A stretch of DNA of 40,437 nt from Bdellovibrionota bacterium (GTDB lineage: Bacteria; Bdellovibrionota_C; UBA2361; OMII01): contig JBIKWQ010000029.1 in NCBI GenBank assembly GCA_044356215.1, positions 1 through 40,437 on the forward strand, in the 5' to 3' direction. Of the stretch, positions 19,095-28,177 are shown in pieces. The position numbers and the translations under genes are program-made. Under the pieces are notes generated by a model. The model was not told the origin of the DNA. It worked only from the letters and a program-made list of their open reading frames with translations, and did not search any database. Within the stretch, counting starts at the first letter, position 1. Every line of letters starts with the position of its first letter.

Positions 19095-20184
19095 GTTTAT
19101 TGGGGAGCCAATCACGGGAGATCTTTACGCCTGATTTCAAATCAAGATGACGGATCTCATTCATTGAGATTATCTCGTCTGCGTCCTTTACATAAAATAC
19201 AGGTACACGCCCCTCACACAATTCCACCAAATGAGATGTGTTAGAGGAGTTGTATCCACCTACTACTATCGCTAGGTCAGCGTTATCTTCAAGCAAAGCC
19301 CGCATCGAGCGTTGATTCTCCGAGGTAGCGTAACACAAAGTATCTCGGGTATCTGCGAAGTGATTGGATATATTGCTCGCTCCATACCTATCGGATAATG
19401 ACTGCTTAATCATCTGCGCTATTTCGTGGGTTTCCTCAGCTAACATCGTAGTCTGATTAACCACTCCGAGTCGCACAAGGCTCTCGGGCAGGATAAAACC
19501 ATCCGAGAAGCGCCCATGAAAATCAACGGGGAAACGCTCCAGAGGCTCCTCACCTTTAATATAACGAACCAGGAGTTGTGCCTCTTCCTTGTCGCGGATA
19601 ACTACACTTGGTCCATCAATTCGGATCTGTGAAAAGGTGGCGCGAGTTTCCTCGTGAGTATGTTTTCCGTGTATGACAATCGAGAATCCCTGTTGCGCTA
19701 ATTGTCGCCCCCTCTTCCACACCTTCTCGACGAACGGACACGTGGCGTTGTAGCTCTGCGGATTAACTCCGAGGTCCTCGAGTTCTTGAAAGATCTCACG
19801 CGTCGTCCCAAACGCCGGAACTATCACTACATCATTCGGGGTCAGGTCAGAGAAAGGTATTAACTGCTTCCCAGCCGATGTCTGCAAAAAAGCGATTCCA
19901 CGAGATATTAAATCGGCGTTTACGTGAGGATTATGAATCATCTCACTTAACAAGAAGACTCGCTTGCCGGGATTATCTTCAATAGCTCTATAAGCTATCT
20001 CGATAGCGTTCTCGACACCGTAACAAAAGCCAAAGAACCTCGCCACTTTAAACGCTACCGGCCCAAGGTCAATTACAGTCGGGGACAGATCTTCTTTGCG
20101 ATTATCCGCCGCGGCACGACGCTTCTTTATCGACCCAATTAAATCAGAGCGGTAACCTCTAGGAATATCGAATTGTTTCGGCAT
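18961..20184 (-). CDS. ispH: 4-hydroxy-3-methylbut-2-enyl diphosphate reductase
   Basis: FGFCYGV, MIHNP, PAFG, ATCPFV, HEE, NQTT, TLCYAT, GGYNSSNT and GASCP motifs. Confidence 0.95.
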   Translation of the reverse strand: MPKQFDIPRGYRSDLIGSIKKRRAAADNRKEDLSPTVIDLGPVAFKVARFFGFCYGVENAIEIAYRAIEDNPGKRVFLLSEMIHNPHVNADLISRGIAFLQTSAGKQLIPFSDLTPNDVVIVPAFGTTREIFQELEDLGVNPQSYNATCPFVEKVWKRGRQLAQQGFSIVIHGKHTHEETRATFSQIRIDGPSVVIRDKEEAQLLVRYIKGEEPLERFPVDFHGRFSDGFILPESLVRLGVVNQTTMLAEETHEIAQMIKQSLSDRYGASNISNHFADTRDTLCYATSENQRSMRALLEDNADLAIVVGGYNSSNTSHLVELCEGRVPVFYVKDADEIISMNEIRHLDLKSGVKISRDWLPNKPKVEVLVSAGASCPDAMVEAVLARVASLFAGAQDLQTASEQSSC

Positions 20185-20250
20185 GCATATTCTCTTACCA
20201 TGAGAGCATCCGCCAGTCTACGTCAGGCAAACGATATATCAGGGCTTAAC

Positions 20251-21138
20251 ATGCAGAATCCTTCAGTTATCAACGTACTAAACGAGTTAGATCCGGTAAC
20301 TGTTATTGGAGCTAGTGGACAGATGGGAGGATGGTTCTGCAAGATGCTGCGATCTCAGGGATTGACGGTAAACGAGATCGATGTCGACACGCCCACCAGC
20401 GTAATTGATAATGTATTGGGCACATCACTATGTGTAATTGTATCAGTTCCCATAGCCCGCACCGCAAAGGTCATAGAGGAGACATTACCTAAACTGTCTC
20501 CGGACGCTCTTCTTGCGGATCTTACATCGGTCAAAGAACGGCCGCTCGCGGCGATGTCAAAGCATCCTGGTGAGGTTCTTGGACTGCACCCGATGTGCGC
20601 GCCGCTCGTGTCTGACTTAAGGGGGCAGACCGTCATAGCCTGCGAAGGTGGATCAGACAGTAAACCGCGCCCCAAGTCAGCCGCGCTTAAAGCTGCCCTG
20701 ACAAACCTCGGCGCTAAGATCGTTAATATGTCCGCTGAGCGACATGATCGGATGATGGCCGTCGTGCAGGGACTAAATCACTTTCACGCTATAGTCTTTG
20801 CGCACGCTTTACGAGAAACCGGATTTTCAGCCGCGGAAACAATGGAGGTAGCGAGTCCAGTATACGCTCTTAGGATGCAGCTATTAGGTAGGGTTTTAGC
20901 GCAGAGCCCTGAGCTTTACGTCGATATCGAGCTTGAGAATCCTTACATTCCCAGCTCCCTCGAAGCCTACCTGAAATCCGTTATCTCATTTAAGAAATCC
21001 ATTGAGGACAAGCAACGAGACGAATGTCTTGAATTTTTTAACGAGGCAGCTCTAGCTTTCGGAGAATACAGGAATGAGGCTCTAAGAATCAGCGCCAAGT
21101 TAATTGGAAAATCATCTGAACATGCTGTCAAGGATTAG
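20251..21138 (+). CDS. tyrA: Prephenate/arogenate dehydrogenase (TyrA family, no chorismate mutase domain)
   Basis: IGASGQMG Rossmann motif, DLTSVK, GLHPM and HDRMMAVVQG; start placed at MQNPS. Confidence 0.85.
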   Translation: MQNPSVINVLNELDPVTVIGASGQMGGWFCKMLRSQGLTVNEIDVDTPTSVIDNVLGTSLCVIVSVPIARTAKVIEETLPKLSPDALLADLTSVKERPLAAMSKHPGEVLGLHPMCAPLVSDLRGQTVIACEGGSDSKPRPKSAALKAALTNLGAKIVNMSAERHDRMMAVVQGLNHFHAIVFAHALRETGFSAAETMEVASPVYALRMQLLGRVLAQSPELYVDIELENPYIPSSLEAYLKSVISFKKSIEDKQRDECLEFFNEAALAFGEYRNEALRISAKLIGKSSEHAVKD

Positions 21139-21152
21139 CTCGAGAAGACTGC

Positions 21153-22118
21153 CTATTCAGCCACGAGTGAGCCGAAGACAGATTCCTCCGCCGCCTTTTT
21201 TCGCGGCTTGGTAGCGATGCTGGGTTGAATAGTAACGCCAGGCGCGACCACATCTTTCTGTTTGGGGGCAGCTACTGAACTGATGGTGTTAGAGGGCAGA
21301 ACGGCTACTTTATCAGCGCGAACCTTTCCTTCGTCGATCACCGCGCCAACTACTGACTTAGTATCTTGGGGTACCGGTTTACCTGCGTCTCTTGACCCTG
21401 ATTCGACCTCTGATTCCTGCCCGTTGGTAACTATCTCTCCTAACGTCAAATCTAAATCGCTTAGACCCGTGAACTTGAAGGATACTGTGACCGCGCCAAC
21501 ACAGGTGAAGCTCCCCTTGCCGCGTGGACCTCTCCGAGTGAAATTAGAGAAGGGAATAAATAGATCACTGTCCACGCTTATCCCGCGGCTAACAACAGAG
21601 CTTGAGAACCGTTGCCCCGTTGGATCCTGCGCGTCGTACACCCGCGACTCAACTATAAATTGCGGGCAAGTCGCAACGACCGCATCCTCGTCGCATTCCG
21701 GTCCAACCGACATCTTACTCACCACTAGAGCATGAGCGCTTCCCTTCGTCAGATCAACGCAATTAAGACCCGAACCTGATAAAACGTCTGGGTTTGAGTC
21801 ACCATCCCACGAAAAGCTCAGAGTCAAATCAGTCGCACCATCCGCCTTGAGGTGTAATAGCCCCTTATCGAGTCCGATTTTTACCGACACATCTCCCTTA
21901 TCACTTTTTAAAACAGCTATCCCAGTATGCCGTCCAAGGGCATCATCCACTCTTAGTACACCTGCGCACTCCCTTTGTCCCTCACCGCAGTCTAGTACTA
22001 GCCTCGAATGAAACCGTTCTAGCGGCAATGCTTCCGCTGCAAAAGGACAAAAAGACAGAGCGACTGGAAGCAGGGCCGTTAAAAGTTTGTAGGAAAAATG
22101 AGAAACAAAACGTATCAT
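21153..22118 (-). CDS. Hypothetical exported Cys-containing protein
   Basis: Signal peptide ending AEA, beta-rich domain with six Cys in the mature part, low-complexity tail. Confidence 0.7.
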   Translation of the reverse strand: MIRFVSHFSYKLLTALLPVALSFCPFAAEALPLERFHSRLVLDCGEGQRECAGVLRVDDALGRHTGIAVLKSDKGDVSVKIGLDKGLLHLKADGATDLTLSFSWDGDSNPDVLSGSGLNCVDLTKGSAHALVVSKMSVGPECDEDAVVATCPQFIVESRVYDAQDPTGQRFSSSVVSRGISVDSDLFIPFSNFTRRGPRGKGSFTCVGAVTVSFKFTGLSDLDLTLGEIVTNGQESEVESGSRDAGKPVPQDTKSVVGAVIDEGKVRADKVAVLPSNTISSVAAPKQKDVVAPGVTIQPSIATKPRKKAAEESVFGSLVAE

Positions 22119-22982
22119 GGGGCCTGAATCATCCAGGATTTAGAAGAAGTTGTCGACATCGACGGAGCTAAATTATTGGTAACCGGTCGCTTGAGAAAGC
22201 GCACTGCGTGCGATAAAACATCGTCTCCTAAAGGACCGGACTTTGTTACTTTGTACGATCGCTTCAGAGAATCAGAGTAAGCAACCGCGCTCGACGCCCA
22301 ACCGATCAGCCGGTGATTCTGCACTCTCCTCTCTGAGAAAACAGATCGGCTAATGGGATTAAATAAGGTCTGCGCATGACAAAAATCAGCGACAAAAATC
22401 TCCACAATATAAATTGAGCATTTACAATTTAGAAAAGGAGCTGTAGACGCAAAGCGGCCTGGTTTGAGTTTGTCAGCTGATACCACTCAATTCTCAGACA
22501 TGCGTCTTTTCCCCATGTGCAACGGGGATCTCCAGATTGTCATTCCGATACCTCAAACAAAACGCACTACTAAACCGCGAGCACACAGCGTCCCTTTACA
22601 AGCCTCTAATACACACCTAGAAGAGGCCGAAGTCGGTGGGGGGGCCGTTATTATCTCGGGACGAGGGGAACCGAGTACCGCTAGTCAGGCCTGCCCCCCC
22701 ATTGGTACATCCTACATTCGTCCTCCGCTGACGGAGATATTCTACGTTTGGTTCCGCGAAGACTCTAACCAGTAACATTTACCCGCTAACACTACCACTT
22801 GAGTCCAGCGTCCCCGCGAGTACGCGTTCCCGCTAGTACACCCTATACCTGCCTAAACCTCTGGCCTGCTAATCCGATTTAGACTTGTAAAGCAAATCTC
22901 TTTAATTCTGCCCTTCTACTTTGATTCATCTTTCGCCTCGTACGATAGCAACTATCATGTTCTCCGGATCGAATAGATCTAC

Positions 22983-23984
22983 ATGCCCAGACAAATCAGA
23001 ATCATATGCGAGGACACCCTCTACGAGGTTGTACCCAGAGCGAAGGAAGGGCTTCCCCTTCCTCCAAACCAAACATCTAACCAGCTCCTGGCTGGCATAC
23101 TCGGTCGTACCCAGAGAGATGATAAGGTTACGCTCTGTAATTTTGTGGAGATGAACAGCCACTCTCACCAACATGTGATTCCTAATGATCCCTGTAAGCT
23201 CACCAAATTTTATATGGAGTATCAGAAAAAGATCACTGACTCAGTACGCAAGCTTACTAAATTGAAGAACTTAGAGCTCTGGAAAGACCGTCCCAGTGTT
23301 ATTCAAGTCGTTCAGCTAGAGGACGTAATCAGAAGGATTGTGTACCTATTCTTAAATCCTGCTAAGGCCGGCCTTGTGGAAAGCATCGATCAATACCCCG
23401 GCTTAAGTTCATGGCAGGCCTTTAAGACATGTGAGCCATCGATTGACTCCACATATAAGATTAAAGCTTACTGGACCCCCGCATCTGTTCTTGAGTCCTT
23501 GCCAGCAAACAACAAGCTCTCACCATTTGAAGACCAAGCAATGGCCAAACGATTAAGAGATAAAAAAGGTACTTGCGAATACGATCTGATCATTCAACCA
23601 TTTGCCTGGCTCAAAATTTACGGGATTACCGAGCCCAGACAGATTGAAGCAATTAGGAAACGAGTTATTTCCGCCGTGTATGAGGAAGAGGCAGCTCTGG
23701 CTAAAAAACGTCAGAATGAGGGTCTATCCGTTATTGGCGTTGAAAAACTAAAGAAGCAGCAGTATCTCAGACCTCATACGCCCAAGAAAAAAGAGCGCCG
23801 TATATTCGTTATCTGCGCCGACAATGAGCTACGCCCAAAAATCATCGAAGCTCATAAGGAGACTGCTCGTAAACACAAAAAATGTTCACAAGACCTGCGA
23901 AATGGAATTCCTCAAGAGTGGCCGCCAGGAACTTTTATACCTTGGAGACCTCCTAAGATTTTTAGTTCGCCTGTCCGTCACTAA
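22983..23984 (+). CDS. RAYT-like HUH/Y1 tyrosine transposase with long C-terminal extension
   Basis: MPRxxR start, MNSHSH (H60/H62), W100-x-x-R, Y121-LFL-NP-x-KAGLV and YPGLSS: the RAYT/TnpA(REP) motif order. Confidence 0.8.
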   Translation: MPRQIRIICEDTLYEVVPRAKEGLPLPPNQTSNQLLAGILGRTQRDDKVTLCNFVEMNSHSHQHVIPNDPCKLTKFYMEYQKKITDSVRKLTKLKNLELWKDRPSVIQVVQLEDVIRRIVYLFLNPAKAGLVESIDQYPGLSSWQAFKTCEPSIDSTYKIKAYWTPASVLESLPANNKLSPFEDQAMAKRLRDKKGTCEYDLIIQPFAWLKIYGITEPRQIEAIRKRVISAVYEEEAALAKKRQNEGLSVIGVEKLKKQQYLRPHTPKKKERRIFVICADNELRPKIIEAHKETARKHKKCSQDLRNGIPQEWPPGTFIPWRPPKIFSSPVRH

Positions 23985-24121
23985 TTTAATATCCTTCATC
24001 TCCGTTTAATCCTCTTTCTATTGGTCTACAGGTTCTCTAGTAATGTCCGGCGGAAAGCATACCCGTTGCGAACTGTCAGGCGAATCTACCTTGGAGCATA
24101 TCGTTTAAACTTGAGCGAAGT

Positions 24122-24200
24122 ATCCTGAAAACGGCAGTTAAGGCTGATGGAAATGGTGCAGATGTGCCGTTTGCAGACCCGCAACTGCGGTTTTTAGGAT
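24122..24200. repeat. 18-bp imperfect inverted repeat (16/18 matches) downstream of the RAYT-like gene
   Basis: atcctgaaaacggcagtt (24122-24139) versus aactgcggtttttaggat (24183-24200). Confidence 0.7.
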
Positions 24201-24432
24201 TATGGCTTTCAAGATTATAGTTTGCGTCAGACCTGATATAAAATTAGCTGTTAAAGATCCTTATTTAGGCTGTCACCTGCCGCGAACGACCCATAAAAAC
24301 AAACTTAAGTGTACTATTAAGAAGGCACACAAGAACTTTATAGTTAGTGAGCAGAGATAGCACATGGTGATCACGAGTCTTTGGAAAATCTACAGTGTAC
24401 CAGAGTTTCTGCCGGCCCCCTACTACTTGTCT

Positions 24433-25947
24433 TCATCCCAGATCTAAACACAGCACCTCACCGCGATCGTTACGCGGGGGAGCATCCGGAAAAAACACCT
24501 CAAAGGCAGTGCCTTTGCCAACTGCCGATCTTACATCGATTACCCCGCCGTGGGCACTGACTATGCACTTCACAATGAACAAGCCCAATCCTGAACCGGA
24601 TACCGATGAGTGCTCGGAAAGTCGCGAATATCGTTGAAATAGTCGCTTCGCGTCACCTGGTTCCATTCCAGCGCCATAGTCCCTCACTATCAGCGAAATT
24701 CCACTGATGTTTCTTTTCAAGGCGACCTCAATCTCTCCGCCACTCTTCGAGAACTTAATCGCGTTACTAAAAAGATTGGTTAACACACGCTCAAATCCGA
24801 GCGCGTCAACGCACCCGATGGCATCCTCATCATCGATCTTTTCACTGATCCTAAGTCCCCTGGTCTTAGCCGTTAACGCAAATGACTCCACTACCCCTCT
24901 TACAAGAGAAGCTACCTCCGTTGTCACAGGACGCATCACAAAAGCACCTTCCTCAATCCTCCGCATGCTTAAAAACTGCTCAATCAAGTTGATCGCCGAA
25001 TTAGCCGACGTCGCGATTCTCTCAACTAGGGCATGGGCACGCGCGTCTTTACCGGGGGCATCCAACAAAACGTCGCAGGAAACAGCTATTGCCCCCAGTG
25101 GCCCTTTGAGGTCGTGCGTTGTCGTGGAAAGTATCTCCCGCTGAAATCTCTCACGACGTTTTTTCTCACGGATATCACGTACCCATAACACAAGCGTATG
25201 ATCAGCTCCCGACTCTCGCGACGCCGATACCGACAACTCATAGGCGCCTTCTAGATCATTAGTCTGCGCTAGTTCCGTGGTCCAAACCTCTCCAGGAGCG
25301 AGCGCCACCAGATTTTGCTTTACCTTTTCAACGATCTCTTCGCCGCGAACAACCGCCGCGGTTGGAATATCTCTAATATCAAATGTCTCGACACCAAACA
25401 CTTTTAGGAAGTGATCAAAGCCTGAATTGCAGTAACGAACACGACCATTTCTGAGAACCACAGCCAGGCCGTCATTACTATTTTCGATCGCCTCTCTAAG
25501 CAGGTCTCGGTCTCGCGTTGCTTGCTGACGCTCATTCTCAGCCTCCTGAGACGCTCGCAACCTAGAGAGCACAATATTCAGCACCTCCGAAAATGACGCG
25601 TCAAAGCTCTTTACCATAAAGTCGTTCGCCCCCGCCCGCATCGCGGAAACCGCGTCATTCAGGGAAGATGAGGAGGTAAGAACGAGAATTGGCGTTTTAG
25701 GAGCTTGCAATCGGAGCGCCGCCACCGCGCTATCGCTGCTAAGGTCAGGGAGATTAAGATCGCTGATAATCAGATCGAATCCGCGCTCCGACAAGCGTTT
25801 CTGTCCGTCCAATGCAGTCGATGCTCGAGTGACGGAACCAACTACAGTCCGTAACGCCCGTTCAATCACAAGAGCATGCGGCGCCTCATCCTCGACCAAC
25901 AGAACATCTTTGAACACTAGACTATCTTCTTTCATCCCGCTCATCAC
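24433..25947 (-). CDS. Hybrid response regulator / PAS-like / histidine kinase
   Basis: REC (LLVEDE, SDLNLP), PAS-like segment, H-box HDLKGPL, N-box NLFSNAIKFS, G boxes DYGAGM and GSGLGL; no TM helices. Confidence 0.92.
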   Translation of the reverse strand: MMSGMKEDSLVFKDVLLVEDEAPHALVIERALRTVVGSVTRASTALDGQKRLSERGFDLIISDLNLPDLSSDSAVAALRLQAPKTPILVLTSSSSLNDAVSAMRAGANDFMVKSFDASFSEVLNIVLSRLRASQEAENERQQATRDRDLLREAIENSNDGLAVVLRNGRVRYCNSGFDHFLKVFGVETFDIRDIPTAAVVRGEEIVEKVKQNLVALAPGEVWTTELAQTNDLEGAYELSVSASRESGADHTLVLWVRDIREKKRRERFQREILSTTTHDLKGPLGAIAVSCDVLLDAPGKDARAHALVERIATSANSAINLIEQFLSMRRIEEGAFVMRPVTTEVASLVRGVVESFALTAKTRGLRISEKIDDEDAIGCVDALGFERVLTNLFSNAIKFSKSGGEIEVALKRNISGISLIVRDYGAGMEPGDAKRLFQRYSRLSEHSSVSGSGLGLFIVKCIVSAHGGVIDVRSAVGKGTAFEVFFPDAPPRNDRGEVLCLDLG

Positions 25948-26028
25948 TTCACTTACACCAACCCTTTCTTTCTGTCGTCAGATCGACTATTCAACATTAG
26001 AAGTTTCTCAATGTTTTAGGAGCAAAAG

Positions 26029-26559
26029 ATGGGGATTAAGCCTGATCACTGGATTATCGATTTTGCCCGCAATGGCGGCATCACTCCCTTCACACCGGAG
26101 CATGTAAACCCAGCCAGCTACGATGTAACTGTTGGAAATCACTGGATATGCCCAACTAGAGATCCCGAAGAAATAGTCTGCGACTCAATAGTGCTATTTC
26201 CAGGGGAGGTAATCCTGGCGACCACTCAAGAGTTCGTGCAGATGCCGCGGGATGTCGTTTGCGATTTAAAGCTTAAAAGCTCCCTCGGCAGACTCTGGCT
26301 AAATCACAGCCTAAGTGGCTGGATTGACTGCGGGTTCTCCGGTCAGATCACGCTTGAGCTGCAAAATCTTGGCCCATACCCTCGCGAGCTTGCAAAGGGA
26401 ATGAGGGTAGCCCAGCTAGTATTTCTCGGCATGGAGTCTCCTCCCGTACACGCCTACGGCGAGGGCGGGAAAGGTCACTATCAGGGCCAGAAAGGGGCAA
26501 CTAAATCATGGTCTGATGACTTTTTTCCACGAGTTCTTGGCCCAAAAAAATCGGCTTAG
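26029..26559 (+). CDS. dcd: dCTP deaminase
   Basis: NPASYD, KSSLGR, IDCGFSGQITLE, GMRVAQLVF and YQGQ motifs. Confidence 0.9.
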   Translation: MGIKPDHWIIDFARNGGITPFTPEHVNPASYDVTVGNHWICPTRDPEEIVCDSIVLFPGEVILATTQEFVQMPRDVVCDLKLKSSLGRLWLNHSLSGWIDCGFSGQITLELQNLGPYPRELAKGMRVAQLVFLGMESPPVHAYGEGGKGHYQGQKGATKSWSDDFFPRVLGPKKSA

Positions 26560-26600
26560 GATTTATTCTCAAAGCTTGGCGGATTAATTCCCTCTAGAAT

Positions 26601-26629
26601 TTGAGTCTTTTTGCGCGAGATGCTATGCT
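26601..26629 (+). promoter_or_regulatory. Putative sigma70 promoter of rpsT
   Basis: TTGAGT-17 bp-TATGCT with an extended TG. Confidence 0.5.
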
Positions 26630-26678
26630 CGTGCTCTTTGTAACTGTAATGGTTTAACCGATTTATATTTAAGTAGTT

Positions 26679-26942
26679 ATGGCAAATCACAAATCTGCAA
26701 TTAAGCGTCATCGTCAGAGTTTAAAGCGTCGCGATGCTAACCGTTCGGCTAAAGCTGCTGTCCGCACAGCTATTAAGAAGGCAGAGGCCGCCGCCAAATC
26801 AGGAAGCAAGGCAGAGGCCCAGGCAGCTGCTCGTACGGCTGAGTCAATGATGGCTAAGGCTGCCAAGAAAGGCCTGTTCCACAAGGCTACGCTCGCGAGG
26901 AAAGTTAGCCGGATGCAGACAGGCGCCAATAAGGCGAAGTAA
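26679..26942 (+). CDS. rpsT: 30S ribosomal protein S20
   Basis: MANHKSAIKRHRQS...KGLFHK..ARKVSR. Confidence 0.95.
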   Translation: MANHKSAIKRHRQSLKRRDANRSAKAAVRTAIKKAEAAAKSGSKAEAQAAARTAESMMAKAAKKGLFHKATLARKVSRMQTGANKAK

Positions 26943-26960
26943 TCGCCAGATTGGTGAATC

Positions 26961-26999
26961 AATAAAAAAGGCGACCCAAATGTGGTCGCCTTTTTTATT
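26961..26999. terminator. Bidirectional Rho-independent terminator
   Basis: Perfect 16-bp inverted repeat aataaaaaaggcgacc / ggtcgccttttttatt between convergent genes. Confidence 0.9.
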
Positions 27000-27045
27000 C
27001 TGATAACTAAAACCCTTCCTTTAACGAGCCATCACCGAGCGGCGG

Positions 27046-27543
27046 CTACGCCAAGACCTTCATAACCTCTTGCAGTACATCAAACTCGAAAACTGTGGCT
27101 AAAAGAGCGCTTCTCATAAACTTGTTATCTGGGAGTTCGGCCGCTTTCACATCACGCCTTATAATTTCCTGCACCTCTTTGACGATCTCCTGAAATCGGG
27201 TTGGATTAGTCACCTTGATTCCACCCTCGCCTCTCTCATACGTCGAGTTAAAGTCATCGGCATACTGCTCTACTATCGCGCCAACACAGCCATCCACTAA
27301 TTCTGGAAAAGCGTACCTAACAGAACCGATAAAGAAGAACTGCTTGGAATCAAAATTTCGCTCGATAAATAAATCGCGTGGCGCGCTCTTACCTGAACTA
27401 GCCGCTACACGAAAATCCTTAGCGAATGGCGCGATCGCTGGGCTATTCGCACCTTCCTTCTTAAGGAGATTTTTTAGCGCTGCATTGAGATTCCTGGCAG
27501 CGGCGAAGGTTTCTTTAGCTTCTTCTACTGTACAATTGATCAT
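27046..27543 (-). CDS. Hypothetical protein
   Basis: 165-aa ORF co-oriented just after lptE and ending before the terminator; no recognised motif. Confidence 0.7.
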   Translation of the reverse strand: MINCTVEEAKETFAAARNLNAALKNLLKKEGANSPAIAPFAKDFRVAASSGKSAPRDLFIERNFDSKQFFFIGSVRYAFPELVDGCVGAIVEQYADDFNSTYERGEGGIKVTNPTRFQEIVKEVQEIIRRDVKAAELPDNKFMRSALLATVFEFDVLQEVMKVLA

Positions 27544-27575
27544 AAAAATACAACCCTACTCTTCAATATCTTACC

Positions 27576-28169
27576 CTAAAAATCAGGAGCTACAGCCTTA
27601 TCGTATAACTGCCTAGCCACATTCGACGCAAGGGTATTAAGCGCGTTAGCTTCCTGTCCACGCGACACCTCTCGACTGCTTAAACCGGCTAGATCTCCGG
27701 CTGCTGATGGTCCGCCAGCAAAATCCAGGGAACTTGTTACCACCACACTACTGTCGGCACCAAAGGATTGAGTGGCCTGTATAGCGCTATCTCGCCATAT
27801 TACAGGGCCGGTCACTCTCCTCAATTCTCCCGCTAAGGTGATAGTGGTCTGCGTTTGCAGCGCCGTGTTGGTACCTGAACGCGTTGCCCCAGTATTATCC
27901 TTAACATTTAAAATTCTAACTTTAAGAACAGCGTCCGCCTCGCTCTGAGTGTCGACAACGGAAACCGTTCCATAACTATCAAACTCATCCCGGATTGCCT
28001 CAGTTACGATGGTCGCCAGTCCCAACTTTGTTGAATTATTTTCGACCTGCGGAATATAGATATTCTTTACATCGGGCGGTAGAGCACTCTCGCTTCCCCT
28101 AAATGTGTATCCACACCCTACACTCGCGAAGCCGACAAATAGAGCGGTCAAATATGATATAAATCGCAT
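27576..28169 (-). CDS. lptE: LPS assembly lipoprotein LptE family
   Basis: Lipobox SVG-CGY-x-F-R-G, LPPDVKNIYI, ADAVL and a C-terminal amphipathic helix. Confidence 0.75.
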   Translation of the reverse strand: MRFISYLTALFVGFASVGCGYTFRGSESALPPDVKNIYIPQVENNSTKLGLATIVTEAIRDEFDSYGTVSVVDTQSEADAVLKVRILNVKDNTGATRSGTNTALQTQTTITLAGELRRVTGPVIWRDSAIQATQSFGADSSVVVTSSLDFAGGPSAAGDLAGLSSREVSRGQEANALNTLASNVARQLYDKAVAPDF

Positions 28170-28177
28170 CTTTTCTC

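Noticed and set aside
22115..22486. 123-aa minus ORF with an ATGA overlap onto the exported protein gene
   Set aside because: The overlap is suggestive, but there is no convincing RBS/start or recognisable composition; left uncalled.
22464..22775. 103-aa plus ORF upstream of the RAYT-like gene
   Set aside because: TTG start without an RBS, and it runs through the hairpin and repeat region; probably spurious.
22983..24432. IS605/IS607 element with TnpB/IscB and omega RNA
   Set aside because: No RuvC or Zn-finger ORF beside the HUH gene, and no RuvC motifs recognised in its extension.
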